The translations under genes were made by a program, and so were the position numbers. A DNA stretch of 64,000 nt from Parcubacteria group bacterium Gr01-1014_8 (GTDB lineage: Bacteria; Patescibacteriota; Minisyncoccia; Phycocordibacterales; UBA2100), in NCBI GenBank assembly GCA_007376385.1, contig VMGC01000002.1:128001-192000 (forward strand). Reading direction: 5' to 3'. The notes beneath the pieces are model-generated. The model ran no database searches. It was not told the origin of the DNA and saw only the letters and a program-made list of their open reading frames with translations. This document shows positions 27,389 through 36,717 of this stretch, piece after piece (the stretch's first letter is position 1; the number at the start of each line of letters is the position of its first letter).

Positions 27389-28651
27389 GTGTTCACGGGT
27401 ACGCTAGCTCTCATGTCATACACACCGAACGGTACGATTCTCAAAAAATACGCGGACGTGATGGTCAATTTCGCGCTCGGCAAAGGAAAGGGGATCAAGA
27501 AAGGAGATGTGGTACGGCTCTCCGGCAGCGAATCGTGCAAGCCTCTCTTTATCGCGATACACAATGCCATCATTGATGCAGGCGGGCATGTCATTTCGCA
27601 TTACGGTCCTGATGAAGAAAAAGGCGACAGACGCCGCAACATCAATTTCAGCCGATATTTCTACGAGCACGCGACTGACGAACAGCTGAAGTTTTTTCCG
27701 AAGAATTATCTCAAAGGTGTTGTTGACGACATGGATCACTCGCTGTTCATTTTGGCGGAGAAAGACCCGCACGCGATGGACGGAGTAGACCCAAAGAAGA
27801 TACTGCTCCGCGGGAAGACGATGAAGCCGTTCATGGATTGGCGTCACGAGAAAGAATATAAAGGCAAATTGACCTGGTCCATCTGCATGTACGGAACTGC
27901 TGCGATGGCAAAGGAGGCAGGTCTATCGGAAAAAGAATATTGGAACCAGATAATCAAAGCGTGTTACCTCGATAAGAAAAACCCAATTGCAGTCTGGAAA
28001 AAATTATATCGGGAAATTGAGAGTTACCGGCGAAAACTCTCCGCGCTATCGCCGAAGATCGACCGCCTGCACGTTAAGGGGGTTGACGCTGACCTCTGGA
28101 TACGTTTGGGCGAAAAGCGCCAGTGGCTTGCCGGGCGAGGCTACAACATGCCGTCATTCGAGATATTCACGTCACCCGACTGGCGCGGAACGAACGGATG
28201 GATCCGCTTCAATCAGCCTTTGTATCGTTATGGAACAAAAATGACCGGCATTCAGTTATGGTTCAAAGATGGTCGGGTTATAAAAAGCAAAGCGAAGACG
28301 AACGAAAAATTCTTGAAGCAGATGATAGCCACAGAAAATGCCGATAAGATAGGCGAATACTCCTTGACGGACAGCCGCCACTCTCGCATCACAAAATTCA
28401 TGGCAGAGACTCTGTATGATGAGAACGTCGGTGGACCGCAAGGGAACACACACCTAGCGGTGGGTATGAGCTATCGCGACACATATTCGGGGAATGTTGC
28501 GAAGCTTACTGATGCACAGGCGAAGAAACTCGGATTCAACGATTCTTCTGTACACACGGACATCATCTCCACGACTCGCCGAATTGTAACGGCGCACCTA
28601 AGGAACGGCACACAAAAAGTCATCTACGAAGACGGGAAGTTCGTTTTATAG
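27389..28651 (+). CDS. M29-family aminopeptidase (AmpS/PepS-like)
   Basis: N-terminal LKKYADVMVNFAL..GKGIKKGDVVRL..AIHNAIIDAGGHV pattern and length. GTG start; alternative ATG at 27413. Confidence 0.5.
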   Translation: MFTGTLALMSYTPNGTILKKYADVMVNFALGKGKGIKKGDVVRLSGSESCKPLFIAIHNAIIDAGGHVISHYGPDEEKGDRRRNINFSRYFYEHATDEQLKFFPKNYLKGVVDDMDHSLFILAEKDPHAMDGVDPKKILLRGKTMKPFMDWRHEKEYKGKLTWSICMYGTAAMAKEAGLSEKEYWNQIIKACYLDKKNPIAVWKKLYREIESYRRKLSALSPKIDRLHVKGVDADLWIRLGEKRQWLAGRGYNMPSFEIFTSPDWRGTNGWIRFNQPLYRYGTKMTGIQLWFKDGRVIKSKAKTNEKFLKQMIATENADKIGEYSLTDSRHSRITKFMAETLYDENVGGPQGNTHLAVGMSYRDTYSGNVAKLTDAQAKKLGFNDSSVHTDIISTTRRIVTAHLRNGTQKVIYEDGKFVL

Positions 28652-28703
28652 AAGCTATGGTGGTACCAATGAGGAGCGAAAAACCATGAGATACTAGATC
28701 CTC

Positions 28704-29357
28704 ATGAAAACGATTTATTTTGTGAGGCACGGTGAGACTGAAGGGAATAAAGGTCATTTTTTTCAAGGACCGGATACTCCGCTTACTGATAAAGGCCGCG
28801 CGCAAGCGGCGTTTATTGCCGAACGCGTCTCGAAGCTTCCCATAGAGGTGATATTGTCGAGCGAAATGGAGCGTGCCAAAGATACAGCGGAACATATTTC
28901 CCGCAGCACTGGAAAGTTAGTCGAATTTTCCAAGTTTCTGTTTGAACGAAGAATTCCAAGTGTGCAGGTTGGATCACGGCATAATTCGGAAGAAATGAGG
29001 CATGTCTCGCGCGAGGTCATTGCAAATTTTGGGAAACCAGGCGGACGATATTCGGATGAAGAAAATTTTGACGATCTCAAAGAACGTGCCCGGGATGCTC
29101 TCAATGAACTCGCAGAGCGACCGGAGAACCATATTGTTGCCGTTACTCACGGATTTTTTCTCCGTGTCATTCTAGCGTATGCGCTTTTCGATGAGAAATT
29201 GACACCCGAAATATGCGTCGCATTCTTAAAGGGCGGGCGTGTTGCCAATACGGGACTTACCATTCTTAGATACAAGCATGAAGACCACGAATACTTTGGA
29301 AACTCAGAGAACGGATGGGAGTTTTGGGTCTGGAACGACCATGCGCATTTGGGATAA
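28704..29357 (+). CDS. Histidine phosphatase family protein (phosphoglycerate mutase-like)
   Basis: RHGETEGN motif at the N-terminus and a downstream H in VTHGFF. Confidence 0.7.
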   Translation: MKTIYFVRHGETEGNKGHFFQGPDTPLTDKGRAQAAFIAERVSKLPIEVILSSEMERAKDTAEHISRSTGKLVEFSKFLFERRIPSVQVGSRHNSEEMRHVSREVIANFGKPGGRYSDEENFDDLKERARDALNELAERPENHIVAVTHGFFLRVILAYALFDEKLTPEICVAFLKGGRVANTGLTILRYKHEDHEYFGNSENGWEFWVWNDHAHLG

Positions 29358-29390
29358 ATTGTATGCAAAAGTGTGCGATGATGAGCATGA

Positions 29391-29921
29391 ATGCGTCCTG
29401 ATACTATGGTTGTAGAAAAATACAGAGACGTCATGAAGCTTCCGCACGATATAGAAGCCGAGCTGGACGGTGCGCCTCTGTTTGAAAATTTGGAAGCTGC
29501 AATGGGGACACTTGAGCTCGAGCATAAACGCCGTCGCAACCTTTTAGAGCACGCTGGGAAGGCAGAACGTCTCAACTACCCTGATAAGGCAACTGCGATA
29601 AAAGCAGCGATAATGAATGGAAGGTCAGCAGCAAAAGAAACAGCTGCGTGGGAGGATTTTACGCAGTCGAATCCTTCTGCAGAACAGGCGGCAATAGTTC
29701 TAGCGCACGTCTCTCATTTTAGGTCCGCGAAACCGACGCTGCTCGATATGGCAATTGATTTCTTTCTTCTTCGTATTCAGGAGGTTACTGATGCGAAAAA
29801 ATCAAGAGAGATAGTGGCTCTCGCTGCAAATGCCATTCGCAGCAGGCATCTGGACGATCCCGAAAAAAAAGGATATTTACGGAGACTGCAACTCTTAAAT
29901 GGAGTGGGCGAGGAAAAATGA
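29391..29921 (+). CDS. Hypothetical protein
   Basis: ORF. Its stop is embedded at the start of repeat copy F. Confidence 0.35.
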   Translation: MRPDTMVVEKYRDVMKLPHDIEAELDGAPLFENLEAAMGTLELEHKRRRNLLEHAGKAERLNYPDKATAIKAAIMNGRSAAKETAAWEDFTQSNPSAEQAAIVLAHVSHFRSAKPTLLDMAIDFFLLRIQEVTDAKKSREIVALAANAIRSRHLDDPEKKGYLRRLQLLNGVGEEK

Positions 29922-30058
29922 AAGGTTTCAACCCCCAAGGCAAGCCCTGGACTCTGGAAAACGAGCACCGCTCGTTTCCCAAATTCCGCGGCCTGTCTGC
30001 GTGCATCGCACAGGTACACATATATCGGCGGCATTCACCGTGGTACACTGGCACTCCC
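29920..30058 (+). repeat. Stop-codon-associated structured repeat, long variant, truncated (copy F)
   Basis: TGAAAGGTTTCAACC..GCAAGCCCTGGACTCTGG..AAACGAGCACCGCTCGTTTCCCAAATTCCGCGGCCTGTCTGCGTGCATCGCACAGG, near-identical to 2016-2110. Confidence 0.6.
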
Positions 30059-30610
30059 ATGAACACAACGATTACGACAGGGTGGCTGAAGTTTGTCATA
30101 GGATGGACAGCTGTGTTCCTATTCCGCTTGATACCATTCAGACCGCCGAATTTTGAGCCAATGTTGGCGACGATCATGCCGTTCTCAAAGCGATACGGCG
30201 TTGTGGGGAGCTTTTTGTTCGGATTCCTCGGAATTGTTCTCTACGATGCAGTAACGTCCGGCTGGGGGATATGGACACTTGTAACGTCCGTCTGCTACGG
30301 CCTGTTGGGTGTCGGAGCATATTTTTTCTTTAAGAATCGTGAGGCAACGGCAACACATTTTGTGATGTTCGGCGTCCCGAGTACGGTATTGTACGACGCT
30401 GTAACGATGATGATAGGACCCCTCTTCAATGGACAATCTTTTGCTGCGGCGCTCATAGGGCAAATTCCATTCACCGTCATGCATCTTCTTGGAACCATTG
30501 TATTTGCAACACTTCTCAGTCCCGCTTTATACCGCTGGGTCGTTCAAAATGATGTTTTGGAATTTTCTGTTCTATGGATGCAGGTTCGCTCGTTGATCGG
30601 CACTCGTTGA
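30059..30610 (+). CDS. Small polytopic membrane protein, possibly an ECF/S-component-like transporter subunit
   Basis: Five hydrophobic helices, 183 aa. ATG at 30059 taken because the upstream part of the track ORF is repeat sequence. Confidence 0.4.
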   Translation: MNTTITTGWLKFVIGWTAVFLFRLIPFRPPNFEPMLATIMPFSKRYGVVGSFLFGFLGIVLYDAVTSGWGIWTLVTSVCYGLLGVGAYFFFKNREATATHFVMFGVPSTVLYDAVTMMIGPLFNGQSFAAALIGQIPFTVMHLLGTIVFATLLSPALYRWVVQNDVLEFSVLWMQVRSLIGTR

Positions 30611-30690
30611 AATTACTCCTGCTTTATTTCCGAGCCGAGGAGCAAACACAGGTTCAATACCTCGGAGCTTGCTCCGAAGAACCTTTATCT
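30611..30690 (-). repeat. Stop-codon-associated structured repeat (copy B, inverted)
   Basis: Reverse complement reads AAAGGTTCTTCGGAGCAAGCTCCGAGGTATTGAACCTGTGTTTGCTCCTCGGCTCGGAAAT. Confidence 0.65.
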
Positions 30691-31262
30691 TTGCGAGGGC
30701 GAATAAATACAAATATATCATTCGCCGAGTAGGTGTCATCGGAATTTGCTCGAAGCTCGAGTTGACGTTGTCCCGGAAGAAGAAATCGCATGGGACCAGC
30801 GATAGAAGAAAGTCCAAAAACATGAGACGTATGGGCGCTGACTGGAATAGCTTGCATACCAAGTACCAGGTGTTCGCCAGGAGGTTGATTACGATATTGG
30901 ATACGAAGCAATGGGCCTACTTGAGGTGGACATAATTCGAGCCCATGTGCCACAGCAATTTCACAAATATATTTGTAGAGTCCCGTGCCATGCTTTATTT
31001 TGTCGTAATCGAAACCCAGGCTTCGTGCTGACAGTGTCACTAATTCTACTTCTCTGCTTTTTGGCGCGTCTTGAAATGATGCGGTTTCAAGGAGTTGATG
31101 CGCGTCTTGAGTGATGTAACATCCAGCATCATTGAGCTTCTTCCGGAAAGACGATGCGGATTCCGAATGGGCAGGAAGCATGAGGCGCATGAGAACTGGC
31201 AATTTCTCTATTGATGTATCAGCATGAGCCGTATCCGTATTGGACTTGGGATAGTTTTTCAT
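30654..31262 (-). CDS. Hypothetical protein
   Basis: ORF with an ATG start. Contains Cys, His and Asp candidates but no confident family assignment. Confidence 0.35.
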   Translation of the reverse strand: MKNYPKSNTDTAHADTSIEKLPVLMRLMLPAHSESASSFRKKLNDAGCYITQDAHQLLETASFQDAPKSREVELVTLSARSLGFDYDKIKHGTGLYKYICEIAVAHGLELCPPQVGPLLRIQYRNQPPGEHLVLGMQAIPVSAHTSHVFGLSSIAGPMRFLLPGQRQLELRANSDDTYSANDIFVFIRPRKDKGSSEQAPRY

Positions 31263-31379
31263 TGTGCAAGTGTAAAGCTCCGTATACTTCGTGTCGACTG
31301 CCAGTTATGCTGAGACAGGACGTTGCGCTGGTTTCAACTTGATATATACTTCATTTTTAATGCTCCAACATCTCATCGA

Positions 31380-31437
31380 CCCCAGTACCACAAGCCCTTC
31401 GGGCTTGGCTACGGGGCGAGGTTCATTGCATGAATAT
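31380..31437 (+). promoter_or_regulatory. Conserved 5'-leader hairpin with UUCG tetraloop upstream of pyrB
   Basis: CCCCAGTACCACAAGCCCTTCGGGCTTGGCTACGGGG followed by CGAGGTTCATTGCAT. Near-identical to 61463-61544 upstream of uvrA. Confidence 0.5.
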
Positions 31438-31475
31438 ACTTGCGCGGGCGTGCAGTCCGTGGAGAAAATAATGTT

Positions 31476-32387
31476 ATGCAACATCTGATCGAAACCCAGC
31501 AGTTCGATAGAGAAGCTCTTAGCAAATTGTTTGCGCTTGCGACCACTCTTGAGGGGAAGCGCGAAGAATCACTCAAAGGCAAGATACTTGCCTCTCTTTT
31601 TTACGCACCGTCCACTCGAACGCGGCTTTCATTCGAATCAGCGATGATGCGGCTCGGAGGCAATGTTCTTTCGATGGAAAATGCAAGCGAATCATCGTCG
31701 GCAACAAAAGGCGAGACAATCGAAGACACGATACGCATCGTGGATGATTATGCCGACATTATCGTCCTCAGACACACGGAAGTCGGGACTGCGGCGAAGG
31801 CGGCAGCTGTCTCGGAAGTTCCCATTATCAATGCAGGAGATGGCATTGGACAACACCCGACGCAAGCGTTTCTCGATCTGTATACAATAGAGCGCGAAAT
31901 AGGGCGCACAGACGACTTCCACATTGCATTTGTGGGTAATCTTGCGTATTACCGGACCGCGCGTTCGCTTGCGTATCTTTTGGGAAAATACAATAAAGTA
32001 AAAATGACGTTTGTTTCTGCGCCGGAGCTCCGGATGAAAGATGATGTCAAGGATTATTTGAAGGAAAAAAATGTGCATTTTGAAGAAACGGAAGACTTGG
32101 AAAGCACGATGAAAGTAGCAGATGTGGTGTATCAAACGCGGGTAGCGGAAGAATGGATACCGAACGAGGAGGATTACAAAAAACTTCGCGACAAATACGT
32201 CATCACGCGCCCAATGACCGACGTAATGAAAGAGGGGGCCATCCTCATTCATCCTCTGCCCCGTGCCGGAGAAATAGCACCTGAAGTCGACGATTCGCCT
32301 CACGCTGTCTACTTCAAACAAGCGGGGTATGGTGTGCTTGTGCGCATGGCGCTATTGAAGCTCTTAGCCAATGGCGAGAAGGTGTAA
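31476..32387 (+). CDS. pyrB: Aspartate carbamoyltransferase catalytic subunit
   Basis: STRTRLSFE and HPTQAFLD motifs. GGAG lies 11 nt upstream of ATG 31476. Confidence 0.85.
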   Translation: MQHLIETQQFDREALSKLFALATTLEGKREESLKGKILASLFYAPSTRTRLSFESAMMRLGGNVLSMENASESSSATKGETIEDTIRIVDDYADIIVLRHTEVGTAAKAAAVSEVPIINAGDGIGQHPTQAFLDLYTIEREIGRTDDFHIAFVGNLAYYRTARSLAYLLGKYNKVKMTFVSAPELRMKDDVKDYLKEKNVHFEETEDLESTMKVADVVYQTRVAEEWIPNEEDYKKLRDKYVITRPMTDVMKEGAILIHPLPRAGEIAPEVDDSPHAVYFKQAGYGVLVRMALLKLLANGEKV

Positions 32388-32394
32388 TGCGCGT

Positions 32395-32802
32395 ATGCTT
32401 CGGACCGAAGAAGACTGGCAAAAAAAGCTGACTCCCGAGCAATATAAGATCTTACGCGAAAAGGGGACGGAAATGCCGTTCTCCGGAAAATTGCTGCATG
32501 AAGACCGCGACGGCATCTTTAAGTGTGCCGCTTGCGGCAATGCGCTCTTTGCCTCGGACGCAAAATTTGATTCAGGCACAGGCTGGCCAAGTTTTGACCA
32601 AGCGTTGCCTGGTGCTATCGAGCAGGTTCGCGATACGGCGCATCGGATGGAACGGACCGAGGTCGTATGCGCCCATTGCAAATCTCACTTGGGTCACGTA
32701 TTTGATGATGGTCCCACTAAAACGGGCAAACGGTATTGTTTGAACTCTGTGTGTCTGGGATTCGATACTACAGAAGCTCCATCAAACGGGGAACAAAAAT
32801 AA
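32395..32802 (+). CDS. msrB: Peptide-methionine (R)-S-oxide reductase
   Basis: Two CxxC pairs (CAACGN, CAHCKSH) and the catalytic RTEVVCAHC region. Typical MsrB start MLRTEEDWQKKLTPEQY. Confidence 0.85.
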   Translation: MLRTEEDWQKKLTPEQYKILREKGTEMPFSGKLLHEDRDGIFKCAACGNALFASDAKFDSGTGWPSFDQALPGAIEQVRDTAHRMERTEVVCAHCKSHLGHVFDDGPTKTGKRYCLNSVCLGFDTTEAPSNGEQK

Positions 32803-33178
32803 TTCCAAGAACGACTATCGCGCCGAGCCCGATGAGAGAAGCAGATGCCGCGCCGAGGTCTTTAATGAGACCTATCAAAGGGTCGTTAGACTTCTCGAAC
32901 ATATTGCCGATGCGTTCTATCGCTGTATTGATAAGTTCGACAGAGAGGACCCCCGACAGTGCGAGAATGAGCAGGGCCCACTCGATGGGCGAAATGCTCA
33001 CGTACAGTGCAAGACCAAGAAAAATGATAGAAACAGACACGTGGACGCGGAAGCTGGGCTCCTCATTCCACGTTATGTTGATCGCCTTTAAGGCGCATTT
33101 GAGGTTACGCAGTTTGCGCTCGAAAATCATGTTGGCATTATAGGGTAGGATACGTACTTCTGTTACTATACTGTTCAT
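32768..33178 (-). CDS. dgkA: Diacylglycerol kinase (prokaryotic DgkA family)
   Basis: Three TM helices and a conserved E..NTAIE motif. 136 aa. Confidence 0.7.
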   Translation of the reverse strand: MNSIVTEVRILPYNANMIFERKLRNLKCALKAINITWNEEPSFRVHVSVSIIFLGLALYVSISPIEWALLILALSGVLSVELINTAIERIGNMFEKSNDPLIGLIKDLGAASASLIGLGAIVVLGIIFVPRLMELL

Positions 33179-33302
33179 GCTTCAGCGAATGCCAGTAACG
33201 ATACTCGTAGTTGCGGTATTCACAACACTATTGTTTGGTTCCTTCCAACAGTTGTCTTGGTCTGCGGATAATGGCATAGTCGATGATCGCTATTGAATAG
33301 AT

Positions 33303-33872
33303 ATGCTCATCCTTACTCGCATGTTCTTCCTAGCTCCGCTTTTTGCTCTAACGTTGCTTCTTTTGCCCAGCGCGGTTTTAGCGCACGGCGGCGAATCGCT
33401 CACATTTACCAGCACGACGACAGAAGGATACGTTGTCGACGTTGACATTGAAGATGGATATCTTGAGGCTGACTCTTTTACCCGCATTGATTTCGGGCTC
33501 TTTAAGGATGCCGCGCGCTCCAAAAGCGCAGATTTCACTGATATGTGGGTTCGCATCGTGAAAAAAGACGGGAGCAAAGCCGGCCAGACGCTCTTTGCGG
33601 GCGCAATTGCTAAACAGCAGATCGGGGGCAACGGTTTCTCGTTCGTATTTCCAGAAGGAGGAGTCTATGCGCTCAGCGTTCGGTATAATGATGCAAGCAA
33701 GGAGAAGTATGGTGATATTGTTGGGGAGGCGGAATTCGAGTTTGAAGTTTTGCGCAGCCCTGACGAGAACGCATTCAATGTTGGCATGGAGTTTTGGGTC
33801 GGATTGATGATCGGGGCTTTTGCACTTGCAACCCTCTGTGTACCGCTGTTTCTCAGAAGGAAAGTACCCTGA
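33303..33872 (+). CDS. Secreted protein with C-terminal membrane anchor; possible YcnI/DUF1775-like copper-binding protein
   Basis: Signal peptide predicted to leave an N-terminal His (..AVLA|HGGES). Beta-rich body and a C-terminal TM, an architecture like YcnI. Confidence 0.3.
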   Translation: MLILTRMFFLAPLFALTLLLLPSAVLAHGGESLTFTSTTTEGYVVDVDIEDGYLEADSFTRIDFGLFKDAARSKSADFTDMWVRIVKKDGSKAGQTLFAGAIAKQQIGGNGFSFVFPEGGVYALSVRYNDASKEKYGDIVGEAEFEFEVLRSPDENAFNVGMEFWVGLMIGAFALATLCVPLFLRRKVP

Positions 33873-33931
33873 TCGCAGGCGAGGATGCTTCTTTCTGGTG
33901 CTCTTATCTGCCGTTTTCTGCACATAAACAT

Positions 33932-34360
33932 ATGCTGATCGAGCTGTTCGGACAGAGCATTCTTTGGGGAACGCTTCTGCTGTTCACGCTTGTGTGGAGA
34001 CCGATACATATGGTGGCCGTATGGGATGAGACCTCTGTAAAGAACATCGAACGAATATATTCGTTGCTTATATTTTTCGGCGTCACTACCGGCATACTTG
34101 GAAGTATCGCGACAGTGTCCTGGGGTGTGTTTCTGTTCTCACGTGAAAAAGGGTTTCCGTTCTACGAGGTTTTTGCACAATTCTTAAAGACTGACCTTGC
34201 CTCTATGGCAGTGTATCGCGCGCTTCTTCTTGCACTCCTATTCAGTATATTTATCGTCGGTTGGAAACATATTTTTGGAGCAAAGATCTTCTCTGTGTTT
34301 GAAGCATTGTTATTCGCATGTCTCTTTGCGTCGAGCTATGCGCTCTGGCTTTATTGGTAA
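33932..34360 (+). CDS. Small 4-TM membrane protein (CopD-like?)
   Basis: Hydrophobicity profile and genomic pairing with the upstream secreted protein. No confident family assignment. Confidence 0.3.
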   Translation: MLIELFGQSILWGTLLLFTLVWRPIHMVAVWDETSVKNIERIYSLLIFFGVTTGILGSIATVSWGVFLFSREKGFPFYEVFAQFLKTDLASMAVYRALLLALLFSIFIVGWKHIFGAKIFSVFEALLFACLFASSYALWLYW

Positions 34361-34375
34361 GCAAAGCGAGCTTGC

Positions 34376-35143
34376 CTAGAAGACAAAGAATAGAAAGATC
34401 AGCCCGAGTGCGATGCGATAGATACCGAACGAGATGAATGAGTGACTCTGCACGAAACGAAGGAGCCACATGATACTGGCGGCTGCAACAACAAACGACA
34501 GAACGAATCCGATGGAGAGAGACATTGCTTGGTCGCTCGAGAATGTAGAATAATTTTTCAGCAGGTCGAGGCCCGTTGCGGCAAGCATCGTAGGGACCGC
34601 AAGCAAGAATGAGAATTCGACGATGGTTTTCCGCTTAAGTCCCAGCGCGAGTCCTCCGATGATAGTCGCACCTGAGCGAGAAATGCCCGGGATCATTGCG
34701 ATAGATTGAAACAGGCCTATGAGAACTGACTGTGTGTAGGAAATTGCAGAAACGGCGCCTGTCGCGCTATCAGTTTCATGGTGGAAGTATTCAAACGCAA
34801 TGAGCGCAATACCGCCGAGAAGCAACGTCCACACAACTAACTGTTCGCTGCCCAAGAGATACGTTTTTATTGTGGAATACAGAAGGAGCCCAATAACTGC
34901 AGTCGGAATGAACGCGACAACAAGTCGTTTTAGTATCTCGACATCAAAAAATGACTTCCAATACAATGCGATAACTGCGGCAATTGCTCCCGACTGAATG
35001 ATTATTTCGAAACTTTTTAGAAATTCACTGTCAGGAAGGCCAAGAAGCGAGCTTGCCAGTATCAAGTGTCCGGTAGATGAAATTGGCAAGAACTCAGTCA
35101 GCCCCTCGACGACAGAGAGAATGACCGCATCAAATACGTTCAT
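34376..35143 (-). CDS. uppP: Undecaprenyl-diphosphate phosphatase
   Basis: MNVFDAVILSVVEGLTEFLPISSTGHL (BacA/UppP signature). ATG at 35143. Confidence 0.85.
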   Translation of the reverse strand: MNVFDAVILSVVEGLTEFLPISSTGHLILASSLLGLPDSEFLKSFEIIIQSGAIAAVIALYWKSFFDVEILKRLVVAFIPTAVIGLLLYSTIKTYLLGSEQLVVWTLLLGGIALIAFEYFHHETDSATGAVSAISYTQSVLIGLFQSIAMIPGISRSGATIIGGLALGLKRKTIVEFSFLLAVPTMLAATGLDLLKNYSTFSSDQAMSLSIGFVLSFVVAAASIMWLLRFVQSHSFISFGIYRIALGLIFLFFVF

Positions 35144-35159
35144 GGTAGTGATTCTATCA

Positions 35160-36191
35160 CTACCGCGCTCGCGGGATGCCTCCAGTGTCAACAGACTGCC
35201 CGTCAGTGGATAGAGCAGGCTCTGATACCGATGGTTCGCTCGCCGGCGTTCCGCCGGTTCCTTCTGCGCTGGTCGTCGTTGCTTCGACTATCGAAGGAGT
35301 ACCCACGGTAGAATTTGTGGATCGGTTTGCTTTTGGTGCAGCCTTTGAGGGCGCACTTGGCACTAGAGGCTCATTTATTTCAGGTAATTGCTCTGTCTCC
35401 TCCATCACACGGGATGGATCCATGGGCTCTTCCTCTGGGAGAGCAGTCTGGATGCCGAGCATCAGACCAGCACCGACGAGACCGGCAAGAATGTGCATAT
35501 ATGTGCCTCCGTTGCTCCGAACTGACGCGAGCGCGTGGGGCAAGAGGTCATGCAAGACAACAGACATAAATCCTCCGGCGGCTATACCAGAAAATAGTGC
35601 GACGATCCAAGTCACTGATGACAGTGTGCTTGCAAGGAAAAAGCCGATGAGAATGGTGGAGGAAACGAGAAAACTCCGGGTCAGGGCTCCTTTATTGGAA
35701 TATCCAGCCCCGCGTAGCACAAAGTACTCTGAGACCTCCTGCACCGTCTCATGGAGAACGACGCCGAGCGTTGCTGCAAGGCCGATGTACCAATTCGTCT
35801 CAAAAGCACCCACAAGCAGAATACCGTCCCCAATGTTATGCAGAGCGTCGCTAAAGAGCACGCTACGACCCTCTATGGGAGTGTGAGTGTGACTATTGTC
35901 AACGTCGTGGTGGTGGTGCTTTGTTGGAAAAATATAGTGAATTCCTTCCATAAGCGTTGCACCGATAAGTACCGATATGACAGCGACCACCCAGCCGCCT
36001 GCGCGTACGGCCTCCGATGCAAGGTCAAATGCGACAAGAACAAACACGCCAGCAGAAAAGGTTGCCAAATAGGTCAGATATCGTTGCATCCACTGTCCCA
36101 GTTTTCCTGCGGAAAAGATGACCCCAATAAGAGATATCAGCATGACAAGAAGCGATGCGAGAAAAGCAGCGCTCGCAGCTGAAAAGTCCAT
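35160..36191 (-). CDS. ZIP family metal (zinc) transporter with a long S/T/A/P-rich C-terminal tail
   Basis: His-rich loop HHHHDVDNSHTH and a HNIGDG..E motif in the TM core. About 90 aa of low-complexity C-terminal extension. Confidence 0.7.
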   Translation of the reverse strand: MDFSAASAAFLASLLVMLISLIGVIFSAGKLGQWMQRYLTYLATFSAGVFVLVAFDLASEAVRAGGWVVAVISVLIGATLMEGIHYIFPTKHHHHDVDNSHTHTPIEGRSVLFSDALHNIGDGILLVGAFETNWYIGLAATLGVVLHETVQEVSEYFVLRGAGYSNKGALTRSFLVSSTILIGFFLASTLSSVTWIVALFSGIAAGGFMSVVLHDLLPHALASVRSNGGTYMHILAGLVGAGLMLGIQTALPEEEPMDPSRVMEETEQLPEINEPLVPSAPSKAAPKANRSTNSTVGTPSIVEATTTSAEGTGGTPASEPSVSEPALSTDGQSVDTGGIPRAR

Positions 36192-36202
36192 AATGGGTGT
36201 GA

Positions 36203-36346
36203 GTGTACCCCATGAGATAAGGACCCGCTATAGGCTATTCACAGGAAGCTACTTTTTGAAAGAAGAATTACTCTAGCGAACGCCACCCGGTCTATCTCAC
36301 GGGGTGTACCCCAGAGAGTAAAGACTCGCTACCGGCTATTCACAGA
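36203..36346. repeat. Palindromic-arm element copy 2, with an internal 44-nt direct duplication
   Basis: Arms GTGTACCCCATGAGATAA (36203-36220) and TATCTCACGGGGTGTAC (36293-36309). The unit GTGTACCCCATGAGATAAGGACCCGCTATAGGCTATTCACAGGAAG is repeated at 36303-36346. The left arm lies 13 nt from the ZIP ATG. Confidence 0.6.
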
Positions 36347-36717
36347 AGATATGCTGACAACAAAGTATGCACATCATGCGGACCGTTTGCCTCTATCTAC
36401 TATTGACACAGGGCCGGGTATGTATCCGAGTATTTTCCTTAAAACTTGACGGAACAAGTGAAATGTCCGATAGGAATGTCCATGAGGATGTCTGATGGGA
36501 CAGGTTGATGATCAGAGCTGCCTTAGTAAGGGACAGACCGACAGAATGGACTGGATATAGGACGTCATGTATGCCGGAATTGACAGTCAGTAAAATTGTG
36601 TTGTTTCGGACATTTTATCGTCAACTTTCGTTGACAGGGATTGTACCGCGCGTACTGTTACGGACAGCGCTCTTTTAATTTACGCTATTACTAAAGATTA
36701 ATTATAAATACGAGCAT

